NCBI GenBank assembly: GCA_051453625.1
Contig: JBOZIK010000001.1
Span: 49,137,645 to 49,201,644 of the forward strand
DNA: 64,000 bases
Source of the DNA: Welwitschia mirabilis
Taxonomy: Eukaryota
Reading direction: 5' to 3'
In this document: piece after piece, positions 53,996 to 64,000 of the stretch
How the letters are laid out: each line of letters begins with the position of its first letter
How positions within the stretch are numbered: position 1 is the first letter of the stretch
Made by a program: the position numbers and the translations under genes
The notes under the pieces: model-generated
Told to the model about the DNA's origin: nothing
Database searches by the model: none
Seen by the model: only the letters and a program-made list of their open reading frames with translations

Positions 53996-55837
53996 TAGCG
54001 TTATGTGGGTGCGGTGAGTAGAGGGGTGTCGCTTCACTGCGTGGAATCAGCGGCGAGGTTTGTCATGTGTGTGTGCGTAGGGGGGGCCCACACCCAACCC
54101 TTCCAAAAAGAAAGAAAAGAAGAAAGCAAAAGCAAGCCAAAGCTGAACTCCGGTCCAGCCACGTCTCACCTCCTCCGGATTCTTTCTTAACGGTAACCCT
54201 GCGCTGTGCCTGTTGCTTTCACAGGCCACTGATGCACGGACCACACCCCTCCCATTACGATTAACGCTCTTCAACAATCAACGACGGTCAGCATCCAACG
54301 GCATTACCTGCGCCGCTGCGCCTCCGCTCCTCACACCACATTCTTCTACTTTCGCTGTCCTGCATTTTCCTCGCCATTTGCATTTCAATTCTCGCGTTTT
54401 CAGCCAAACGAAGAAACGCTCTTCTGCTGCGCCTGCGTTGGTGGTCTCGGCCTCGCCCAATTCCCAAATATTCGTCCCTCTGGCCCGTCAAAGCAATCGA
54501 CCGCTTGTGCTTTGAATTGTTGACAGGTGGGGACCCTCCGTCCTCCGGGCCAAATCACCAACCCAACACGCGATTATGATTTTTGAGCAACAACAGCAAG
54601 TCTAGCTAAGCTGCCTACACGCACCAGAGCTTTACCTGCATTTCATCTCATATATCTCAGTTTGATATGATGATGAAGGGAATCTCCGGCAGCCATGGCC
54701 CGTCCTCATCGCCCGTAAGTCGCAGGTCATCATCATAATGATTATTCAAGAACAATGAAAGCCAGCATCCCCACCACCTTCCCAATTACTGACACTTCCA
54801 TCTCTCTCTTCGCCAATCGCATCTCATCCGCCTCTCCGGCCATGCTCGTTCAACGTCAAAAGGTGGCGGAAACACCATCATAGTCCAATTAAATTATTAC
54901 TATTCGTTTATCCGTGAAGGACGACGGATGGGGGACGACGGCGAAGGAGCGCAACGACATTAACGTAAGTACGAAATACGAATGGGATGGCGCACAGAAG
55001 AGCGTGAAGTCTTATACTCTCGGCATAGCAGTGTGAAAGCACGGTCGCTTGAGCGTGCAGGGCAGTTTGACTGGTCACGCAATGGAGTGTGAAAAGCGAA
55101 AGGCTTTGCTGACACTACTCGAACACACGGCCACGCAGACGCAAAAGATGCCGCCTTCCAATTCCACTTAAAAAATCGGCAAGCCATCGAAGATTAAACA
55201 AAGCAAAGGGAGAGCCGCGATTGGCATTGGGATGGAATGCAGCAGAAGAAACGAACCCATTCCTACAGTGACGGATACCACGTTTTTCCAGGCGGGGGTC
55301 CTACCTGTCTAAAACCTGCCTGTCGCTTTTCAGCCCCCTGATGTCACTCACTCCCCTTTACCCTAACCCCTCATATATATTATTATACGCCAACGCCATG
55401 ATATGTTAAGAGTCGGATTCCCATTTCCTCTTTCCCAACTATCCTTCCTTCCTTCCTGCCTTTATCTTTGCTTCGCTTTGCTTTCTTACAAATCCATTTC
55501 AGCACTCTCTCTCTTTCTTTCTCTTTCTGCGCATCAGATCTCCTTCTGCTCCGCCTATTTCGGACTCTCCTGCTGCCCTGCATAACACTTTCCTTGATCA
55601 TGTGAACTGAATACGCTTGCTCCTCGAACCACCCGGAAGCAAAAGGCAACTCACGCAGCGAGCACCTGCCTTGCGCAACTCAGACTGCTTCGCCCTCTCT
55701 TTTGGTTTTCTGTTGTAAAGCATTCTGAATATGGGGCCGACATCCTTTCAGCTTTGCATGGAATACGGAGACTACCAGCAAGAGGTGTGCACACACCCAC
55801 ACACAAACTCTCTCTTTTTTTCCTCCTTCCGCTGTTG
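53996..55837 (+). promoter_or_regulatory. GC/CpG-rich upstream island: promoter and probable 5' leader of the Dof gene
   Basis: Abrupt switch from AT-rich, CpG-depleted DNA to CpG-containing unique sequence. TATA-like TATATATATTAT at ~55374, followed by CT-rich tracts (55425-55530, 55808-55830). Confidence 0.6.
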
Positions 55838-56743
55838 NNNNNNNNNNNNNNNNNNNNNNNNNNNNNNNNNNNNNNNNNNNNNNNNNNNNNNNNNNNNNNN
55901 NNNNNNNNNNNNNNNNNNNNNNNNNNNNNNNNNNNNNNNNNNNNNNNNNNNNNNNNNNNNNNNNNNNNNNNNNNNNNNNNNNNNNNNNNNNNNNNNNNNN
56001 NNNNNNNNNNNNNNNNNNNNNNNNNNNNNNNNNNNNNNNNNNNNNNNNNNNNNNNNNNNNNNNNNNNNNNNNNNNNNNNNNNNNNNNNNNNNNNNNNNNN
56101 NNNNNNNNNNNNNNNNNNNNNNNNNNNNNNNNNNNNNNNNNNNNNNNNNNNNNNNNNNNNNNNNNNNNNNNNNNNNNNNNNNNNNNNNNNNNNNNNNNNN
56201 NNNNNNNNNNNNNNNNNNNNNNNNNNNNNNNNNNNNNNNNNNNNNNNNNNNNNNNNNNNNNNNNNNNNNNNNNNNNNNNNNNNNNNNNNNNNNNNNNNNN
56301 NNNNNNNNNNNNNNNNNNNNNNNNNNNNNNNNNNNNNNNNNNNNNNNNNNNNNNNNNNNNNNNNNNNNNNNNNNNNNNNNNNNNNNNNNNNNNNNNNNNN
56401 NNNNNNNNNNNNNNNNNNNNNNNNNNNNNNNNNNNNNNNNNNNNNNNNNNNNNNNNNNNNNNNNNNNNNNNNNNNNNNNNNNNNNNNNNNNNNNNNNNNN
56501 NNNNNNNNNNNNNNNNNNNNNNNNNNNNNNNNNNNNNNNNNNNNNNNNNNNNNNNNNNNNNNNNNNNNNNNNNNNNNNNNNNNNNNNNNNNNNNNNNNNN
56601 NNNNNNNNNNNNNNNNNNNNNNNNNNNNNNNNNNNNNNNNNNNNNNNNNNNNNNNNNNNNNNNNNNNNNNNNNNNNNNNNNNNNNNNNNNNNNNNNNNNN
56701 NNNNNNNNNNNNNNNNNNNNNNNNNNNNNNNNNNNNNNNNNNG

Positions 56744-57592
56744 CTGGAAATGATTGGCGGAGGAGGCGGTGCAGGCGTGGAGAGGAGGCCGAAGCCGCAG
56801 CCGGAGCAGGCACTCAAGTGCCCGAGATGCACGTCTACCAATACGAAGTTCTGCTACTACAACAACTACAGTCTGTCTCAGCCGCGCTACTTCTGCAAAA
56901 CCTGCAGGCGCTACTGGACACAGGGAGGGGCTCTCAGGAACGTTCCGGTCGGAGGAGGTTGCAGAAAGAACAAGAAACCTGCGTCTTCGTCTTCATCATC
57001 CTCGTCTTCTTCACCTTTGGCCTCTGCGTCAAAGAAGCCATGTTCATCTTCAGAAAACCCAACAATTGCCAGAGATCTTGACTCCTGCTTTGCTTTCGCG
57101 AACCCAAACAACACCACCACGATAAACACGAGTACTCTGCCATGCGGATACCCCTTTTCCTCTGCGTCGGCATCTGCAGGAGGAACCCAGAATTTGGCTT
57201 CACTGTTCGCTTCCATGAACTCTACCAGAGCACCGTCATCGTGCTCAATGTTGAGTGAAAATGGAACTTCTTTTCCCGGGGCAGACTTTCTGTGGAAGCT
57301 TCAGTCGTCTCAGACACGTCCGAGGACTGATTCCCCGCCGGGGATGCTCCGTTTCTGGGACGAAAAGCAGCAGCCGGGCGATGGAAATAATGGAGTTTTA
57401 AACAATTCAAAGCTCTCTGATTGTCCTCTACTGATTCCAGGCTTGGGCGGAGCAGCAACAAATGAAGTGAAACCATACCAGCAAGATTGCAGCGAGTCAG
57501 AATCGAAGGACTCTTTCTTCTGTCACGATAAGTCCTCCCCTTTGCCATTTCTGTACGCCTGCCATTCCTCCTCAGTCGGTTCTTTCATCTGA
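56744..57592 (+). CDS. Dof (DNA-binding with one finger) zinc-finger transcription factor; 5' part possibly in the gap
   Basis: Intact Dof domain [52 protein letters not shown] (from 56819), followed by the usual Ser-rich tract. Open frame to TGA at 57590-57592; in-frame ATG at 56750 would give 280 aa. Confidence 0.97.
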   Translation: MEMIGGGGGAGVERRPKPQPEQALKCPRCTSTNTKFCYYNNYSLSQPRYFCKTCRRYWTQGGALRNVPVGGGCRKNKKPASSSSSSSSSSPLASASKKPCSSSENPTIARDLDSCFAFANPNNTTTINTSTLPCGYPFSSASASAGGTQNLASLFASMNSTRAPSSCSMLSENGTSFPGADFLWKLQSSQTRPRTDSPPGMLRFWDEKQQPGDGNNGVLNNSKLSDCPLLIPGLGGAATNEVKPYQQDCSESESKDSFFCHDKSSPLPFLYACHSSSVGSFI

Positions 57593-57954
57593 GAAACCCT
57601 AACCTAATTGCGAACATAGAGTGTGTAGCCGCTTTCCTTGACTTCACTTTCAAATCATATAAGTTGTAGATTAATGTTTTTTTACAAATAATGTGATGTT
57701 GTAGACGAGCATGTTGCTAATATATATTTTATACTTGTAATTTTCATACAAGACAGCCTAACCCATATTTTCTCATTTGCTTCTGATTATGCGTTTCGTC
57801 GCGCTCGCAATGTCTGTATGCGGTTTGTCGGTAATACCGAGCTTTGAATAAATGAATTTATAAAATAATAAAATGTTATTAGTGAATCTAAAACTGAAAT
57901 TTTATTATTTTCATATAAGGCCTTGGCGGATATGATGAGAGCCAGCAATGTACA

Positions 57955-58745
57955 TGGCAAGGTAATGGAAAATTTCATTAAACAAATGACCTGAAATATG
58001 TGATGGCAATTAGAATAATTAGACTAAATTTATGATTAAGAAAATAGTAGATAATGAAATGAGATGTATCTCTTAATGGAGAGACATGACTTATATCTTT
58101 AGAAAGCTTTAGATAATGTATTTAATAAGATATGATTATTAAAATGTTAAGTTTATGATTAAGAAAATTATTAGTCAATGAAATGAGATGTGTGTTTTAA
58201 TGGAGGGACATGGCTTTAAATGTGGGAGTCTTAAGAGACAAGATTGCAAGAGAAAGATCATCTCGCTTTATCTCTCATTTACATTTATGTCATGAATGTC
58301 TAAGTTGCATGATTTCCCAAGCCTCTTTTTCTTTTTTAAGTGTGTTTAATGTTATTGAAAAGGTGCATTGGAAAGGTATTAAAGACAAATGACCCAAGAG
58401 ACCAAAAGCTAAAAGCATTAGAAAAGAAAGAAGGAAAGTGTAACTCCAACATAAGAATTGATTCATTTACCATATCAAAACTCATATGTCAAGAGTCATA
58501 TTCTTGGAATCATGAGTTTCATATTCTTAGAATAATAGAACTCATTTAGAAAATTGCTTTTAGTGTGGGTAATGTATTAATGTGACCCTTAAAAGAATGT
58601 CATATCAAATTTTTAATAATTATTAATTTTTTAGTTTTTAGAGAAGAGGTTTCATAATCTACATTAGTTCATGATCATATCTTAATCATAAAAGTTATTA
58701 GTAAATGAAAGAGCTAGATAGAAACATTTTCATTACTTTTTGTCC
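57955..58745. mobile_element. possible MITE / non-autonomous DNA transposon
   Basis: Imperfect inverted ends GGCAAGGTAATGGAAAATTTC (~57956) and GAAACATTTTCATTACTTTTTGTCC (~58720-58745). TTTATGATTAAG at ~58028 and ~58152 (local duplication) and inverted at ~58681. Confidence 0.35.
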
Positions 58746-59519
58746 CATATTATAGTCATATTATATTTTAAACAAAACATTGCAAACACAATTTGATTAA
58801 AGTTTAAAGAATTAAGAAAGTTATTTTTCTATATAAAAATTCTTAAAATTTTCTTCTAAAGAGAAAGTTCCTAATAGCTTTGAAAGTATCAACTCTGATG
58901 TAGAACGGTATGAAACAACTATGGCTTTAATTTGTACATCGAAAAAAAAGATGAATCCCTAAAAAAAAGAACATAATAATTGTTAATACTTAAGAAGCGT
59001 TGACAGATTATTATTATTATTATTTACAAAATGTTTTAAACATATTTAATATGCATATTGAAAAATATTATGAAATTTTTAATAAAATTTAGAGTCTTAT
59101 AGAAAAGTGTGTCACTCATGGTTTTCATTCGAATAAGTAACCAATGACCTTAATGAGTATAGTAAGGATTTCCATGAATTACCTTCTTTTAAAAACATAT
59201 ATATGCTATTAAATGTCTATATCCTAACTCCTTTTAATATGTTTTGTATAAAAAAGATTTATTTGAGTAGTGCTAAAAGTTCATTAGATAAAGAAGAAAA
59301 GTAACAGAAAATAAAAAGAAGAAAAAGTAAATAGTATAATTCTCTATGAAATTTATATATTTTTAAAAATAAATCTATAGTCCACATATAATAGTGTTTA
59401 CTTTTTTATAGAAAATGAACCTAATGAACAAAATGAGTAGTATTATTAGCCTAAATAATACAAGGAAATTAATGAGTGATAAAAACACTATTACAAAGCC
59501 AAATTTATCATATTCAACA

Positions 59520-60300
59520 TCATGTTTGAAGTATATTTTAGGTTTATTTGAGTAGGTTTTTGATTAATTGAGAACAAAAGTGAACTAGCCATTGCGATGA
59601 ACAAGAGAGGGTAGTTTTCCAACATTTCTGACCATTTATGAATGATTTTTAAGACATGTTCCAATTAAGTTCCTTATGATAGAGTTCTAACATCTAAATG
59701 AGGAGACTACAATGGAATGTGATGACATTGAGATGGTATAGCTATTATCTTGATGCTTGATAGAGATCTTTTGGAGTTATTTTTTATGCTTTCGAATCTT
59801 AGATATTAACCTTAGATTAAGAGAGGATGGCTAGAGATGATTTCAATGAAAAGCATGCATCCTCTAGAGAAGGTTATTTTAGGAAAGTTACTATAGCAGG
59901 TTACTATAGTAGTTACTTTAGTTGTTGTCCACCTCATTATTTGGATGACACTTAGAGGACAATAAATAGTATATAGAAATAGAAACTTCATTTTTTGATT
60001 GATAGTCATTCACCTTGTTTTTCGGATGATACCTAGGTGGACGACACTCAACATGTGAACAAAAATCTTATTTTTTCACTTGTAGTTGTCCACCTTATCA
60101 TCCGAATGACACTAAGGTGGACGATACTTAAGAGTTACACCAAGAAGACATATGGAAGATACTTAGTTATTACAAGAGAAGATCACATAATAGGAGTGTC
60201 GTTTTTTATGTTGTCTAGATCAGACCTAAGAGGATGATAGCTCTAATGAATTTAAAACATATTTCATTCATTATAAAATTATGGATATAATTGTTCCTTG
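59520..60300 (+). repeat. Athila-like LTR remnant with repeated palindromic motifs
   Basis: Start resembles the LTR A 5' region; three copies of GTCCACCT..TCATCCGGATGACAC..AGGTGGACGA-like hairpins at ~59925, 60005 and 60087. Confidence 0.45.
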
Positions 60301-60529
60301 TCAGTGGCTACTCTTTGATGACCTAAACCACTAATCCAAAACTGTAAAAAGATATATGTTTGTATTTTATTCATATATTAAATTAGTATATAGCCATTAT
60401 TTAATTACTAAAATGTTCTAATTTGGTCATTGTGTTTTACTTTTTTCTTTCATAAAAGCTTATAACTGATTTAGTTATTTTTAAACAAATGAAATACTTA
60501 TTTCTTTTCCTCCCTTTTAAAGAAGTATA

Positions 60530-61600
60530 GTAAAATCGTAAAACATTATGTAGGGATCCAATCCCATATTTCATAGAGAAAAGCCATTCTTCACATTTTG
60601 AAGAGAGTCATTAGTAATGGGCATTAGTATAAGATTGAAAAAAGAGCTAAAGAGAAAATACTATTATGCAACTCATTAGAGAAAACACCATCATTATGAA
60701 GCTTTCATAATTTAAATAGAATAAGACACTTAGTAGCATCCTAAAACATATGGATCCTATTTGAAGAAATGTGATTAATACTAAAGAGATAGTGTTTAAT
60801 GAAAATATACATCCGTCCAAGCATTTATGAAGCCAATTCCAATAAAATGTAATGATCTTGTAATGTTCATAGGTGTGATAGAATGATTTCTTCATACTAT
60901 AATGTTAGCAGAGTATTTGTGGAAATCCTAACTTCATTAAATAAGATCTAAGAGGAAGGACTTGATAAATACAACACTAAAGGAAAGATATCATTTCAGG
61001 TGTTATTTAGATTTTCCATGTTCTAGAGATAACATGAAGTTAGGTTTCAATGAACAAGCTAAGGTTTCAGAAAAGACTAAGCTTGTGAGATTTCTAATTA
61101 ACTAGAAAACTAAATCATAAAAGAAACATTATTGGGAAATCTCCATAATAATTCTCTCTTAAAAAGTACAACCATTTCAATATTTTATAGAAGATGAAAT
61201 TTAAGCATGTTATAACTCCTGTAGCATGATGGAGGAAGATTGTACTTATCTTGAATGACTTTCGAGCAAAAATAATCTCTTTCACTAGAAGTCTAAACAT
61301 TATGGGTTTGAATTACGCCCCTTTGAGCTACATCAAATGCTAATCTTTTATTTAAAAAATCATTTTGAATATTTAATATGTGGGAGTCTTATTATTAATG
61401 ACTTTGGGAGTTATCATAAGAAATCTATTGATAGTTTTCCAAGGATTCCAAATAGCATGAATGATGCTTGAAGAAAAGAAGTCGCTTAAGAGAAAACAAC
61501 ATTGAAAAAGCTTCTTGCTTTCCAAGATGATAAATATTTAAAAATACCATTGGTAATGTATCTTTGAATCATAATTTATATGATTTATTTCCTTATAACA
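60530..61600 (-). mobile_element. degenerate Ty1/copia integrase-RT relic
   Basis: Minus strand: CEEWLFSMKYGIGSLHN (cf. W..AM..E..SL..N, ~60545-60600), LNTISLVLI (cf. A..TA.YLIN) and YHTYEHY (cf. P.TPQQNG). Confidence 0.35.
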
Positions 61601-61639
61601 CTTTAATAATCATCTTAGTAGTAACATCTTATTCTTTGA

Positions 61640-61721
61640 GTGAGAATGAGAAAGAGAGAGAGTGTATGTGTATGTGAGAGAGAAAGTGAGAGTGTGGGTA
61701 GGTGAGTGAGTGTGAGTATGA

Positions 61722-61756
<35 letters not shown>

Positions 61757-61877
61757 GGTGTATGAGTGACTGAGTGANNNNNNNNNNNNNNNNNNNNNNN
61801 NNNNNNNNNNNNNNNNNNNNNNNNNNNNNNNNNNNNNNNNNNNNNNNNNNNNNNNNNNNNNNNNNNNNNNNNNNNNN

Positions 61878-61947
<70 letters not shown>
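61640..61947. repeat. (GT)n/(GA)n microsatellite spanning a gap
   Basis: Seen directly. Confidence 0.95.
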
Positions 61948-61951
<4 letters not shown>

Positions 61952-64000
61952 AACCCTAACTACCTAGTTTTGATATTCTTTAAAAAGCGTACTAAATTTT
62001 AGATATATTATTATGAATCTCAAATTTGTGCTTATGTTAGTCTTAATTCTATAAGTCTTAAATGTGTTGAAATATATGACTATTATATAAAAATCATACA
62101 ATTATGCATTAATATTTATTTTTTTGAAGGGTCATGAGTCATGATAATCTAACTTTATATTTAAAGAAGACACTAAATCTAGTTTTTAATCTTAAAGTTA
62201 GTCACTTTGACTGTTGAAATTATCCTATTGTAAAAAATAATGCTTTTATAATAAGATGGATAATCATAACTCAGGGCCCTTAATTAAGTAATTCATTAAA
62301 ATTTAAAATTAAAGGAAAAACTTATTTATATATAGTATAAATCAAGGTAGAAGCATCATGGAAAAATAAATATATATTTACAAATAAAATAGTGTCACAT
62401 ATAGTGATACTAGATGAATAAAAAAATATCTAGCTTTTAGAAGATCTCCCAAATCTTATGCAGACAGTTAACATTAGCATGCAAGTCAAGTTTATAATAT
62501 TGCTAAAAGATAGCATTCTATTTTTCTTTCCAATAACTATTAAGAGTATTCTATCAACACATTCTTTTATTAGCAAGAAGCTTACAAGATATTCTTGCGC
62601 ATCTGCTAGTGGAGTATAACTTCATTTTGAGTTGACACACTTCTTTTTCATAGAAAAACAAAGATAAGAATTAGACATATTTGAAATAAAGGTTAAGAAA
62701 TTATTTCCCTTTTCATTATGATCCAGAATATATTCAAAATAGAGTGAAGTATCTATGCAAGAATTGGCTAAAAATTACTTATGTTAATTAAGGAGGAAAG
62801 AGGAAACTAATGAGATAAAGAAATTTCCTACATGCAAGAAAATTTAAAAATTTTAAAGAAATTATAAGATTAAAGATAGAATCTATCAAGGTATTTAAAT
62901 ATAAGCTATTCTTGGGTTCTAACTCCTTTCTAGATGGAGAAGTCAAAATAACTTTTAGAAGGTTAAGACATAGAATTAAAACACTTCTTACATATTTTAA
63001 CATAAAAATTTCCTAATTTAATAAAAATATTATATATAAAATAAAATTTACCAAAAATAGTCTAGATAACCTAAAAATTTAATGGAAACATTTAGGGAAT
63101 AAATGCTACATATTCCAACAAAAACATCATAAACTTATAAGTAATCTAAACTACATAATGATGAGGGTCTTTCCTTTTATTGATGGTATAAGATTTAAAA
63201 TAATTATACAATAAAAGGGAAACACCTCCTTTACTTTTAAGATAATTAGTTGTCATAAACAAATGTTGAGAAGAAATATCTTTAGAAGTAAACTAGACCT
63301 CTATAAAATTAATTTTAATCTCTAACAAATCTAAAACATGAATCACCATGATTTAGTAAGAAGTGCTTAGCCACATAATTTCTAGTAAGAGTTGTTAAAA
63401 CCTTAATACTCCATGAAGTAAAATTAATCATGGTATGATTATAATAATAGAATAGTTCATGGAATCTTCACTACTATCATTTTCAAGGAAAAAAAACTAA
63501 AATAAATTTTTTAAAAAATTTTCACCAAGCATTGAGCTCTAATCTCATTCTATATTAGTGAAGGGGTTAACTCATATCTTATTTATAAAAAGTAATATTA
63601 TTTAGTTGTCCATGCTAGATCCTCCATATTACATTCATTTCTATTTTTATTTAAGAATTGGATAAGAGTACCTCATAAATCTAAAGGTAATGAATATGAA
63701 ATAAAGTTGTTGAGGATTTTTCATTAGAGAGGCTTTGCCACTACTTATGTTTATTATCTAATCCTTCTAAAACAATTTCTTAATGAGAAAGTTAGGTAAA
63801 TTCATTTTTCTATGTCCCTTATTTCCACATTAGGAATGATTATTCATTAGAAGAAAAAAAGCATCTTACTTGTTGTTCATGTTTACTAATACCAATCTAA
63901 ACTTCAGCCATCTCAAAAAGTGGTTTGGTAAGATGCACCTAAAAACATAACTATTTTATTAGCCCTAAATTAATAAATTTCTAATGATATTTTACGATGT

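Noticed and set aside
54005..55649. Short ORFs in the GC-rich island
   Set aside because: No recognisable domains; overlapping ORFs on both strands are expected by chance in GC-richer DNA.
55651..56841. Long ORFs of 330-612 aa in the ORF track (also 6950-7942)
   Set aside because: They read through N gaps (X runs). Only the 56744-57592 part is supported as coding.
56754..57548. Alternative-frame and antisense ORFs over the Dof exon
   Set aside because: Shadow ORFs of a GC-rich coding exon.
57594..57602. AAACCCTAA telo-box/telomere-like motifs (also ~1081, 13073, 13261, 33213)
   Set aside because: Isolated single units, common in plant TEs and UTRs; no array.
62400..64000. Possible further LINE relic on the minus strand
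   Set aside because: Only vague motif resemblance; too degenerate to support without a profile search.

Overview
Eukaryotic (land-plant) scaffold window: very AT-rich, many N gaps, about 54 kb of nested and heavily decayed transposable elements, then one real gene. The gene is a Dof zinc-finger transcription factor (+ strand, visible coding part 56744-57592; its 5' part may lie in the gap at 55838-56742) inside a sharply bounded GC/CpG-rich island (about 54000-57600). The TE nest holds at least four Athila-like Ty3/gypsy copies (A 1-5746 +, B 5747-18737 +, C 18738-22809 -, D 24814-33671 -), a near full-length L1-type LINE with a target-site duplication (6588-13286 -) and a truncated Ty1/copia (33672-37317 -). 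It also holds faint MULE, LINE and copia relics, a triplicated ~880-bp unit, a ~165-bp satellite and microsatellites. There are no prokaryotic systems, CRISPR arrays or RNA genes. The most unusual observations are: (1) a tandem array of ~60-70-bp units each carrying an LTR end plus a tRNA-Met primer-binding site; (2) a coding-like block between pol and the 3' LTR conserved in three gypsy copies; (3) a long unexplained C-terminal extension of the LINE ORF2; (4) extreme C-to-T/G-to-A erosion of TEs beside a protected gene island. All TE assignments come from manual motif reading, not database searches, and many coordinates are approximate.
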